Positions 38,771-52,100 of a stretch of 64,000 nt of DNA are shown here, piece after piece. Origin of the DNA: Phoronis australis (Eukaryota > Animalia > Phoronida); assembly GCA_002633005.1 (NCBI GenBank), contig NMRA01000153.1:668564-732563 (forward strand), read 5' to 3'. A program made the translations under genes and the position numbers. Below the pieces are notes generated by a model that had not been told where the DNA came from, ran no database searches, and worked only from the letters and a program-made list of their open reading frames with translations. The stretch's first letter is position 1, and each line of letters begins with the position of its first letter.

Positions 38771-40576
38771 CCTGAAGTGGAGAGTAGCCATTCTTTGGAC
38801 TGTTAATGGACTTTGTCATTGTGGGACCAATTTGTTGCATGATCTTACCAATGTATAACAGTTTATTATACCTTAAAATATTCAGCGTTTTATGCTAGCA
38901 AATGTTCTTGCACTCTTGCAAATGAAATTCATTTAAAACCACCAGAAACTTGCCTTTCATCACAAGAACAGTTTTGGATCTAGTCCACTTACTGTTATGA
39001 AATTAAAGTGACCTTTCCTTAGTCAAAATAGGCGTAATATCTGGGCCTTGAAAGGCCAGGTTATAAAGCCATGCTCCATAAGTTCACATGTTAAAGCAGG
39101 TCGTTCTGGCTTGGTCTCAGTGAGTAACAAACTGGTCATTCTTTGCATGTGAGTAAGGAACAAGTTGAGACCAATTTTGTAGCTATAAGAGGTCTGAATC
39201 CAAATTTAATTTTGCGGAATGGAAGTTTATTGCCCTTGTAATAACTTTGTTGTCCTGCAAATGTCCCGAAGCATGTGTTTATGTATTGCAAATTGCTTGT
39301 TTTTCAGTAAATTATTGGAAGGTACACTGTCATGTTATCTACTGTTCTTGTATTATAATGTTTTTATGCAGAAATATATTTTCCACAGCAGTTTTGAACT
39401 TTTTATTTCCCTTTTGCCACACATAGTAAATAAAAAAGATTTACACTCTGCAAAATAAGCTTGGAATGCTGGTGTAGTTACGTTCACATAGCATTGTTCT
39501 TTCAAATGACAATTTTATTTTTACAAGTTACACTTATTTTAGGTAAATAAATACTGAATGAAATTATGCCGGACATACAAAAATTCAGTATTAGTCCACC
39601 GCTTTTATCACTATGTAAACTATATGGAAATGGCAACTGTCTATTGTACTCTGACCTGTGGCCAATTTCATGAAAGTTGGACTTGCACTCTTACTTCAGA
39701 ATTGCTGAAAATGGTTAGTGAAGTAATTCGCAACACACTCTAGAAATTATTAAACGGTTGTCTGTGCATTCTCAAAGATGTTGAACTTTTGCTCACCTGA
39801 GATTTAATCATTTTCTTCTGAAATTGCATGGAGCGTAAAATCAAATTTCACAAGTTACCTTTCATGAAATGGACTGCAAAAGTACGTATTCCCAGAGTTG
39901 AGAAATAGCCTAGTACAAGATTAAGCAATCCATGGTCTCCATCTAGTCCATAGGGGAACTACATAAAACTAGGAGCTCTAAACTGATCATATTTCAGTTA
40001 ACTTCTAGAGTGAATTCAGATTTTCCTTGTACATTGTATAGTCAATTCAACTGACCCTATTTTATTTTTAAATCCAAGTGTAAGCACAACTGCTTGTAAA
40101 CAAATTCATGCCTCCAAACATTTTTTCACAAATTAAGGGGAAGTAGGAAAGGCACTTCACAAAAAAAGAAGGAAAATGTTGGAGCGACAATTGCATATTT
40201 ACACTGTGAAATTGTAATGCGTACAAACTTATATTGGATTATGCCACAACATTATGGACAGAATGAATGAAAATCCGACTGAAAGTATTTGTAAAATGGA
40301 GAATACCAACCAAAACTCGCCCAAATAATTCCAGCTAATCTCCATTGTCTCCCCTGCTTTAAGGATGAACACATGACCAGTTTTGACACCCTTATTTCAC
40401 GTAGCCTTTCTTGGAACGTACACTTCCTGATGTCAAAGAGCCATTGTGCAATCCAACGATCTGAAAAATCTAACTGACACATTTAGCATGATTACTGTAC
40501 TTTATTTTTAATATATGTATGACTGCTCAACTTAATGTTGAGTAAAAGTTTGCCACTGTAAGATTTAATAGTTGAA

Positions 40577-43500
40577 TCAATGTCTCTTCGTGCGTTTGGA
40601 CAGCGGTCTTGGAGAATATGGTTTTCTTTTCAAAGTTCTGGTATCACTTTCAACATCATCCACAGAGATTTCCTGCTCTTCGTCATCAGAATTTTCAGTC
40701 ACACTGTCATCACATGTATAAGTGATGATGTCATCAGAAGACGCACTAGCACCAGTGACATCAGTGATATGTGTGACACCATCTGACTCCATGTTTTCCA
40801 CAGACATTACCACAGTCATGGTTTCTCCATTCTCTGAGTCTTTGGTTTGTTCTGATACAATGTTGATTGTTTGCAATTCATCAGACTCGGAACTGTCTCT
40901 TGCGGCTGTGAACTCTCTCTTCAGTCGTACCAACTGCTGGTGTAAAAGATTCTGGTGGTGAATGTGCATATCGTTCAGAAGTTGCTGCATTCTTTCGTCC
41001 AAGTTAACACTTAGCTGGGCCAAAAGTTCTTCCTCTCTCTTCTGATACTGGCTGATTTCATTTGACTGCATTTGTATCTGGAAATCACACACAATGTCAG
41101 ATCAGACCACAATTCTTATCTGCCTGTCCCCAAACCAATGAGCTATGAGAACTCACCTGCAATGGGCAGTGATCTTAGATAGACTGACCTTGGATAGTTT
41201 TATTGAAGGTCATCACCCAGTCATTATACACTTAAATTTTTACTGACACAAGGTCCTAACAAAGCCTTAGTAAAATAAGAAAACGTGAGTTTAATCACCC
41301 AAATAAAAGCCTGTTAAATGATAGGTGAAGCTGCCATGTTGTGTCACCGCGAGATTCCAGCACAAACAACAAAAGGCCGATAACAGTTGTATTGAATAGG
41401 GGTCTGAATAGGACACCATTGTGTGCGAGTATTATTCGCAGCTGTTTGAATTAAAAGATGATTCTCACGGTGACGTAGAGAAAAGCAAGCCAATATGCCT
41501 AATAGTTTGTTACATTTGGCAATTTATGGCACTAGTTAGCTCAGAGTGATGCTCTTAACATACTGTAGGAATTAAATTTACAGGTGTTACCGCTGAAGAT
41601 AGGCTTTAAAACAGTTTATCAACAACAGCTCTTGAGTACTACTATTACTTGAAGCAGGTCTGCTAGACTGTGGCCCCCAGGGACTCAAACCCACGACCTC
41701 GAAAGTTCTTGAGATAATTTGTGTATCGAGACAAGAATATTCATTGATAGAAGTGATTTATAGTTTTTGGTTAACTTGCCCCAAAATATTAGTCATATTG
41801 TGAACTTACTAGACTTTGCAAACAGTTTTCAGACACATTTCAAAATTTTGAAGTTTGATGACACATTATATTGTTTCACAAATTTAAGTGACCAGTCGAC
41901 AAAATCTCTTAACAACCGTGTTTAGTAACATTTTAATATATGATCCCATCTTCATTAACATAAGGCACATTGTCCATAACAATGCATATTACCCACTAGC
42001 AGCGCCCTCTAACAACCACTAGCAGCGCCCTCTAACAATCACCTGCAGCTTCAGTTCCATAATTTCTTTGTTTAACTTCTCCTCCACTGCTTGTTTGGCT
42101 CGTATCAATGACTTGTTCACCTCTTCTAGTGATTTTATCTTGCGTTGAAAGTCTAACTTTTGCTGCATCCATGACCCCTTGCTATTTCCCTGTAAAATTT
42201 CCAAATCAGAAACTTTTTGAAAAAATATTGACTAACGAATCAACTACAGGCAATCTGAGATTCCATATCCCATTCACTGTACTCAGGTAGCATAAGTCAA
42301 TACAAACGAATAAAGCAGAAAGATTTAATTTTAGCTGCCTTGCAACACTTAATGAATGAAAACACTACAAAGGGTTCAGAGAATGAATTACAAGTTTGGA
42401 AAGAAGAGCTCTAATTTGTGTCAAACAGAAATATAAATTTCCTTGACAACTATCAGTTAGAACTGAAGAAATAACTTGCAATGGAAACGAAGCAGTTAAA
42501 TTTTGGAAGGACTGTCTTTAGAGATTCTCTGAATGCTTATTGACTCATAAATGTCCTGGGGATGATCTTTCCGGCAACTGAAAGTCCTATCCCGGTGACG
42601 CAAACTTCACGATCGATATTGTATAGGTAAGTAGCCTAGTTTTGATTTATGAACAACTCCGCAAAAGAAAATGCAGTTGTCTAAGCTTTTGGTTTGGAGC
42701 AACAGAGGACATAACGTCTACGTGATCAAGTGCTATTACACAGAGATCTCCCATTGCCAAGAAGCCTTACATTTGTGACGACCACAACTTGTTCAGTGGA
42801 TAAGGGCGTATCATGAATTTCCAGGGTGCCATCCTCCTGAATGAGGACAGTTGGTTCGGACGTGCCCACCGTTTCATTGGCAGCAACTGATGAGTCCCCC
42901 TCACTATTTTTTTCACTCACACTCGTATCCCCATTGTAAAAGGCTGCAAGAAAGACAAAGCGTGCACCTTTAAAATGTCACTTTACAGTCAATTTCATAA
43001 TCAATTCAACTAATTTGATAACCACTTGTCCTTAATGTTAAGTTGGAAGTTCATACACTTCAAATTTGTAAATAAAAAACTTCGCGTCGTCACGCACCTT
43101 TCACCTGATTTCTATCATAGGATTTTGACAATTTGAATGCATCATCACAGTAATCGGATGCGAATGGCGACATTTGGGTGACAAGTGCTAATTTGGTGTA
43201 TTTTTGCTGAGTTTTAGTAGCCAGGAGCCCTTATGGTAGTGGTAAAGATGGAAAAATTACTTTGGTATTGGTTTTATCGGATTTCAGGTTTGTGCACCCA
43301 CAGGAAGAGTGATGCAGGTGTGTGGACCTAGATTTTGAAGCTCAAACCAGCAAAAACTGTTGAGTGCCACCAAATGCTACCACACCTGCTCATATAGATT
43401 TCAACTTACTGTTGTCAGCTGTCGTTGTCATGACAGCCTCAGTCAAGGCAGGGTGTATTCCCAACATATCCTGAGAAATTATTTCAACAGCAGACTGATT

Positions 43501-46500
43501 GGCTTGGTGCTGAGCTTGTAATGTCTGATTGACATCCTAAAAGAAGGCGGGATTATATCAAATCTGGCACCGAATCTAAATACCCACAACAAAGGGTCAT
43601 TAATTAAGAACACAATTTAGTTTGCAAAGGTTTCCAACAAAAATTATAAATATAATTGCACCATTTTGATATCCACTCGAGTGTCTTCAAATGATGTTAT
43701 TTAACGCAAGTACAAGTGACCTGAACTTTTGAAAAAGGAAGCAACAAATTTGGCACATCAGTAGCCAGTCTTGATGGACAGTCTCAGTTTCATTAAACCC
43801 CCCAACTGTGATTTGCTCGTGGACTATTACAAACTACACTATTTGACTGTGGTTTGCATGGATTATTACAAACTACACTATTTGACTGTGGTTTGCATGG
43901 ATTATTACAAACTACACTATTTAACTGTGGTTTGCATGGATTATTACAAACTACACTATTTGACTGTGGTTTGCATGGATTATTACAAACTACACTATTT
44001 GACTGTGGTTTGCATGGATTATAACAAACTACACTATTTGATTGTGGTTTGCATGGATTATTACAAACTACACTATTTGACTGTGGTTTGCATGGATTAT
44101 TACAAACTACACTATTCTTACTGATGCCAATTCTCATTCTACTTAACAAGACCAAGAAATTGTTTCATGGTCAGATCATTTGGTCTGCAAACCTGAGTGA
44201 CTTGTATTTGGAAGGTAGTTTGCGGATTACGGAAGTGTGTCTTGAAATGTTTTAATGCCTCATCCCTCCTGTTGAACCCATTACGACACCTATAGCAGTG
44301 CCAGTGGGCTCCCTTGAATTTCTTCTCTCCTTTGATGGCGCCCACTATGTCGCAGCTGTCGGCACAGCGCAGTATCTTCAAACCTGCCAGTAGAAACAGA
44401 ACCGCTCAGAAGACATTTCAACAGAAACAGTACAAAAATCATTACAGAGCCAGTTCTAGCCCTGGTTTACAGACACTAAAGGCAGTGATAGTCAGTTTAT
44501 GTAACTGGTTTAACAAGCTCAAGCCAGGTCAGAGTAGTGTTCCGTATTTTTTTTACAAGAAAAACAAGATTTCGCAAGACCTCATAAAATCATGCTAGTG
44601 CAAAACCGGTATTTTGCAAATATTCTTGGTAGTTCGGTAGCCTATCCAAGCAAAATGGCAGGCTCTGAAGTGACCGGTCAGTGACCGGTCAGTGACCTTG
44701 GAACGTTGAATTAATGGAGAGAATGTATGGCAAAGTATTCACAGTTTCATCAGCGAAAAACATTTTGGCTACAAGTTCAAGTTGTCTACGGAACACAGCC
44801 AAGATAACAGCTGAGAAGACACTGTAACAACATCCCACATAATAATCCCAAAAAATTTATTTTTGGCCGTAAAATCGATAGTCTCTTAAAAAAACAATCA
44901 GTCAATACAACTACTCTAATCGCAACTCAAGGTGACAACGTATCGCTACACTAACATAACTGAAATATGAAGCAAATGGGTAAATACCAGCAAAGTCTAA
45001 TCCTTTGTCGACATGTTTCACACGATAATGTGCCTTAATTAATGTAGGATCGTGAAAGAACTCAGTTTTCACGCAGAAGGGACAGTGCATATGTGAGGTC
45101 TTATCAGCACAGTTGGTGTCGATACAGGTGACAGGGTTGTAGTTATTCTCTGTACCTTTGATTCTGACACTGGGGTGGCTCTGAAATAAATGATTGTGAT
45201 AATTAATTTGTGTAATGCTTCTATACTCAGGCTCAAAAATAGAATTTACTCACTCTGTTGTTCTGACAGCAACATTTCCTATTTGCTTAGAATTGCCTTG
45301 GAAAAATGAGAGTTTGGCATTGCTCAAGACCAGGCCCTACGAGTTGACGGCACTGATTTGTCACGGCGCTGACTTGTCACAGCACTGATTTGTCACGGCA
45401 CTGACTTCTCACAGCAGGTTATTTTATGCACCGAGCTTGGTCTCTAGCATTAACTGACAGTCCAGAAAGCATGTCTAACAGGAGGTAAGAGCCAGTTGGG
45501 ATCAGTTTTTAGGTCATTCTACCGTACTTTGTATTTTGTCAATAGAACAGAGATTGCCCACATCTCCTAGAAGGCAATTATGAAGTTCATTTTATGTCGG
45601 AGCAGAACAATTACCACATTAATTAGCAATGGCGTCACAGTAAAAAGTATTGAAGTGCAACTTAGATAATTGGGAACGTACAAAGCTGCGTTTTGACCAA
45701 TTTAGCTGGCTCAGAAACAAATTATACAAATTCAGCTTCAACAGTCGAATAGATTGACACCAGCATTTGAAAACTGCCATCATCCAGAATACTGTGTCAC
45801 TGTAGGTCACAAGAAATAAACCTTGAGACTGACAACTTGTAGAGTACACGTCTAGGAAAATGGCAACAATTGAACGACCGGCTAAGTCAGAGCGGAAAAC
45901 TGTTAGAGCAAAAGGAATATGATTTCAGGGCTAATTCAAACAAAAGTTTGGCATTGCTTAAGACCATAGTCCAAAATATAAGAAACTCAGTTATTTGGAA
46001 ACTCAGAATTCACTTTTCATCTGAGTAAACAACTAATTGCGAGCAATTTCACTGCGATAAGTGGATTAATCAAAAGTTTGCTTCTTGCACAAAATCACAA
46101 TGCACCAGTCAAAGGAACTTGTTTCGTGATTTCACATCCGAGTACAAACTCGAAATACTACACTGTAGTATTTACAGGAAGCTGAGTTGGGAGTCAGAAT
46201 CGTTCCATGGCGAGCCATCCACGAAGGCCTTTATGCAGCGTACCTCCTGGGAGTCCAAAGGGACACCCTAGCACTAATATGGAAGCCCTGGTAAGGATGC
46301 CCAATGTATCATTTGGGCCCCCACTATCAATAGGAACCTTTCAAATTTGGACACACACATTGTACTGATTACTAGGAAGCCTATGAAGACTCACACTGGT
46401 GGCTCTTTTTTCAAAGCAGGAAGAACTATACAATTTATATACAAAGTATATATGTTGCTATGCTCATACTTGGTTGATAGCATTATAAAAGTATTGGTCT

Positions 46501-47111
46501 ACACAGTTTTTTTCGTAAAAATGCTCACTACAGAAGGCTGTTTTGTAAACTTAGATGTAAAAACCTTGGTCTATGCATTTTTTGTAAAAAAATCTTGTGT
46601 GTTTAGGGGATTGCTGGGGGTGGGGGTTACGCGTCGGAATCATGGACGCCCTGGAATTTTGGGAACCCATTTTGGACACTCTATTTTCGAAATCCTGGAT
46701 AAAGGCCTGCATCCACGATATTGCCAATAGCCCATATATGGACGGTTTCTTTGTTTTGGCGACTTTGGTTCCTGTTTGGTGAGCTGGGAATTGGGAATTT
46801 TGCCTGGCCAAATTTGTGGCGGGATAGTTATGTTACGCGTCCAGCCCTATAAGACAAGAGGTAAAACACACAAATACAATTCTTAAGTTGAAAATGCTTT
46901 GTTCAGGGTGCACTCCAGAATACTAAATCAATGTTCACAACTCTCCGTCAATATTGCAAAGCAAAAGAAAAAGTCTAAGCGTTTGTCTCGATCACTGTTC
47001 TGGATGGTCACAATTCATCCAGTCTGATGCCGATGGACTCTGGTCGATTTTACTATCAAGAACTGGGTTCATTTAAGCGCAACTATGCATACTTACTACA
47101 AATGAGTTCAT
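40577..47111 (-). CDS. Uncharacterised 448 aa protein with two Castor-like C2H-HC-C2H2 zinc fingers, coiled coil, acidic tail and basic NLS-like C-terminus
   Basis: Exons 47111-47097, 45180-44988, 44383-44193, 43536-43410, 42943-42771, 42189-42043, 41077-40577 (1347 nt, phases consistent). Motifs CIDTNC..SHMHCPFC..AHYRVKH and CADSC..AHWHCYRC..KHFKTH; ends KRKPYSPRPLSKRTKRH. The first micro-exon (MNSFV) is less certain. Confidence 0.85.
41630..41702 (-). mobile_element. 5'-truncated tRNA-derived SINE fragment
   Basis: Minus strand CGAGGTCGTGGGTTTGAGTCCC (B box-like), shared with the 58437 element. Confidence 0.45.
43821..44113. repeat. 39 bp minisatellite (about 7.5 copies)
   Basis: GGATTATTACAAACTACACTATTTGACTGTGGTTTGCAT tandem, intronic; produces the spurious repetitive ORFs at 43771 and 43793. 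Confidence 0.97.
45347..45415. repeat. 16 bp tandem repeat (about 4 copies)
   Basis: CACGGCACTGATTTGT and variants. Confidence 0.8.
46224..46709. mobile_element. hAT MITE (about 485 bp), copy 2
   Basis: AAGGCCTTTAT ... ATAAAGGCCTG with perfect 8 bp TSD CATCCACG (46216-46223, 46710-46717); inverted relative to the 27967 copy. Confidence 0.92.
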
Positions 47112-47199
47112 GTTGGAGCATACACACTAAATGTGACCATATATGCCAAACTGACTCGGATATTATGCAAATATATATAAAAATTATTTCCCTCCAGAT

Positions 47200-47336
47200 A
47201 GAGCTTGTGCTTACGTCATCGATTTACACACGTATAAACCGGTGACGTCTGAGAGGTTTTTTGTTTCGGAGATCACAAAACAACAAAGATTAAAGACTGT
47301 CCACAGGTGTTGGACTCTAGAAAGCCTGAGCCTGAG
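47200..47336. promoter_or_regulatory. Bidirectional promoter, zinc-finger gene / ADAT2-NDH2, with putative non-coding first exons
   Basis: Minus-strand donor GAC|GTAAGC at 47215/47214 and plus-strand donor GAG|GTGAGA at 47336/47337. Two TGACGT (CRE-like) sites and ACCGGT lie in this interval. Confidence 0.55.
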
Positions 47337-48190
47337 GTGAGATTTCAACCCTTTTACCTCAAACTCTTCATCCCAACTTTATGCATTCAAAGACAGGTAA
47401 TGGAAAACATGCATTTTAGCCGTTTAAATTATCCCGAAGTCACGAATCAACAACCACTGATTCATCAGTTGAGATGTGCTGTGGTCCCTCGTGCCTCGTG
47501 AGTCGTGGTGAACTAAAACAGGTTTTCATCGCGTCCCACGAATAATTTAGCATAGACAGATAAACTTCTGTTTCCCAGAACCCATTAATATATCCATTAC
47601 GGGCACCTCTTAAACCATCTGTGTGGTTTAGTTACGGTTCAGTACACTGAGGTTACATCATCAATATCTGTCAACCCCGTTCAATCCTCATCTGACCTCA
47701 TCACTCTCATGCAGTTAATGAGTTAGTCCGTGGTTGCTCAATCTTATGACTTTTAAGATCACAGCATTTTATAGTATTTTCAACCTTTTGACTGTTTATA
47801 AAGTATAGTATTGCATCAGTCTTCTTTAACTGTTGTGTTGAAAACAAGAAGATTTTTTAATGCTTTTCATGCTGAGTCAGGGTCACGGTTGGCTGTTTTT
47901 CACATGTTTTGGTTTCAATAACCAAAACCAAAACCTTCATTATTTGTGTTTTATAGCAACAGTTAGTGTTGAATGTTGCTTGTTTTGTGTGTAGGTAGAA
48001 TAAAAATCCTTTGATGACCCATGAAGCTAAACTAAGGCTGTAGTCAAGTGCAGCATCATAGCTGTAGTGGAATTTGGCGCATAGTAAATAAGAGGGTCTC
48101 TATATTATTACACACACTACACATTCACCACAACATGTATGTGAAATGGGCAAGAGTTTAAATTTGCCTTTCTTTCTGATTAGTTCTTAG

Positions 48191-48742
<552 letters not shown>

Positions 48743-49114
48743 CCTTGATGAAGATAATCACTGCTAGTAGGTTGTTTTAGGTGGTACTTGTTTTTGATGC
48801 GTTTTGATCGTTCTGATAAAACTGGGTCGTTTATTTCATCATACTTGTCTTATGTAGGCATTTGCTTAGCTTCAGTTTTGTTGGATAGCAGGTAAGTAGT
48901 ACACCCCAAAAATAAATTAGCCATGGATAATATTTTTAAATCAACTCATCTCTTTTAGATTTTAATAATTCATCGCAAATTTATTGAAATCTGTTAAGGT
49001 CTTAACAATTCATACAAACTGATAGACATTTCGCTTAAAGGTTGATTGTTCAAAGAATTGTACACTTATGGTAGTTGATAGATCATATTTTATTAATTTC
49101 AGGTAATTACCAAA

Positions 49115-52100
49115 ATGATGTCAGCGAAGTTATTTCAGGCGAGCTGTAGATTTGTAAAAAGTGTGATCAAATCCCCAAGACCTGTTCTGCCATATAGCGT
49201 TATTAGCCAGGATGGTGACAAGACTGCTGTCCAAAGTGTTCATAACTATTCCACAGACACTAACACGCCTCGACAAACACTCGTCATTCTCGGTACAGGT
49301 TGGGGCAGTTACAGTGTGCTTAAAAATATCAACAAAGATCTGTATGATGTCATCGTTGTCAGTCCTCGTAATCACTTCCTGTTCACCCCTCTGCTAGCCA
49401 GTACCACTGTTGGCACCTTGGAGTTTCGGTAATTTTCTCGTCTTAGTGATTTACTAAATATGGGACATTTAAAGCGGCATTTTATCCGTGCTTCTGTATG
49501 TTCATTGTACCTGAAGTTCATTGTCATCGAGTCAGCTTGTATTCTGGACTTTCTAAGAATGTAATGTTGAACAGGGACATTGTTGTGTTCTATAGTTATG
49601 AAAGTAAGGGATCGGCAAAATGATAAATTGTTCAAGTTTCAGTTTCTAAAGCAACTAGTCTAAACTTAACCTAGATTAGGTCCTGGTATTTCACATGTCA
49701 GATTCTTCAAGAATTGGCATCGAGTGTGTTGAAGAGAAAAAATGTGTGACTCGTGTTTATCTGCTGGAAAGTAGCGAGGTCAGCAGGCAAGAAGTTGTAC
49801 GATGTCAGTTTCACCTTTAATTTGTACAATTAGAGATAAATAATTTGTTCAGTTGATTTTTTCCTGGCCTTGTTCTAAGGTAACTCATTGTGTGGGTCTA
49901 GTGTTGATGGCTTGACTGGATGCCTTAAGATGTGCCATTTACAATATATTTCAATCTCACCATTTATGTGTTTTGTTGAAAAGACTAATTAAAACTTCCA
50001 CTCATGCCCAACTGTTGACAACAGTTGTCAAGGGAAATTCCTGGTCATTTTGTCAGATTACATAATACTGTACAGTCCTCTGTTTTGTGAGAGCACAAAC
50101 TAACCTATGACTGTTATCTCGCAGGTCCATCATTGAACCCGTGAGAAACACACTGTTCAGAGAATCCAGCCATTACCACCTGGCTAATGCTACTGGTGTC
50201 GACTTTGAGAAGAAAACTGTCCACTGCACTAGTGGAATCAAGCCTGATCTGTCGTATGACATTCCTTATGACAAACTTGTGATTGGAGTGGGCTCACTCA
50301 GTAATACATTTGGTGTTCCTGGTGTTGAAGAGAATGCGTACTTTTTAAAGGTAATATGTTTCATAAAGGTAATTGAAGATTAGAGCATTTCCATGTGTTG
50401 CATTTCTTTATGAATGTAGTTTTTATTCTATTTGTAGCTTTTTGAACGTCAGGTATCTCAGTCAGTATTTATGTTGTTCATTTCAGTTAAGTGAAGACTA
50501 TTGTGATTGGCATTTTCCTGTTCCTGTGATATTGTTGTGAATCCAGATTTATTGGTGATACAAATGTGATTGTCTGAGTTTGAATTAAATTGAAATTGCC
50601 ATTAAGGGCTCGCAGGAGACTAACTTATGGTGCATTCATTTTACAGTGAAAATTCAATTCCTTAAACTTATTCCTTAGGAAGTGTCTGATGCTCGCCTTA
50701 TCAGGAACAAGTTGTTGAATAACATCGAGTTAGCCATGGAGCCATCTGTATCTCAAGAGGAGAGGGACAGGTTGCTACACATCGTTATAGTGGGTGGAGG
50801 ACCTACAGGGGTGGAGTTTGGAGCTGAACTGTATGACTTTGTGGAACAGGTGGGTGTTTCTTTGATATGCAAGCCAGGTACCATTCACAATTAACAGTAT
50901 CTTCATGAATGTACATAAATACACTTTGATATGCAAGCCAGGTACCATTCACAATTAACAGTATCTTCATGAATGTACATACATACACTTTGATATGCAA
51001 GCCAGGTACCATTCACAATTAGCAGTATCTTCATGAATGTACATACATACACTTTGATATGCAAGCCAGGTACCATTCACAATTAACAGTATCTTCATCA
51101 ATGTACATTAATACACTTTGATATGCAAGCCAGGTACCATTCACAATTAACAGTATCTTCATCAATGTACATTAATACACTTTGATATGCAAGCCAGGTA
51201 CCATTCACAATTAACAGTATCTTCATGAATGTACATAAATAAACACTTTAAAGGAGGAAAAGGGTAGAGGCTTGAAGGTAAAGTTCAATTTTGACATAAA
51301 TGGTGATTCTAAAAGACAACAGTCAACACTTTATTTTGTTTCCTTTTTACAAAAATGTACAACTTTTAAAATTTTCAATACTTATTTCATGAATAAATAT
51401 GTGTTCTTATTGTGAGTAATGCCAGACAAGTGTCACTAAATGTATCATAATGATACTGATTTTTACTTGCAAGTAACGGGGGTTTCATCTGGTAAAGTAG
51501 TTTTAGGGTCTTTTGTAAATCTGAAGGTTGTTGAAAGTTGTGTAATGTTTTATAAATCTTACTAATTTTTAGTACAGTGACTGGAAATGGATTGAAATTT
51601 CTCTTCTAAAATTCTACCATTTTATCAAGTACGAGATATGACAGTTGTAACTTAAATTTTTGCGATGCAGGGTGTTATTTTTCAGTGAGTATTTAAAAAT
51701 TGGATCTACCTGATTAACATTGTTTTGGGCACCGTTTTTCCCACAGGATATATCAAGACTCTACAGAAAGCAAAACAAGAACGTACAAGTCACTTTAGTT
51801 GAATCTAATGTCATCCTGGGCTCGTTTGACAAGCGTTTACAAAGTTACGCTGAGAAAAAGATTAGTCAGAGAGAACGATTTAATCTAGTCAAATCAAGTG
51901 TTACAGGTATTGTTGAAGAAAGCATCGACCTTACAAAATTATATTAAATGTATTCTGTACCATGATTGTTATGCTCTTAATTTGCATTGAAAACTGTAAT
52001 CTGTACAAACTAGTCTTCACTTTCTAATAGTTTGTTCCCAAATACTTAAATCTATTTTTCACTGTGGCAGTATTCCTGCAGTGCTGGTGTGAAGTCTGCA

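Noticed and set aside
38595-38840. Minus-strand ORF with ATLQV repeats
   Set aside because: Antisense reading of the 18 bp repeat over the INO80E last exon; no independent gene structure.
43771-44155. Cys/His-rich repetitive ORFs on both strands
   Set aside because: Translation of an intronic 39 bp minisatellite; no splice support and almost no divergence between units.
47211-47220. ATGAC|GTAAGC as the first coding exon of the zinc-finger gene
   Set aside because: Out of frame with exon 45180 at the first AG; ATG AAC TCA TTT GTA|GTAAGT at 47111-47097 gives the correct phase.
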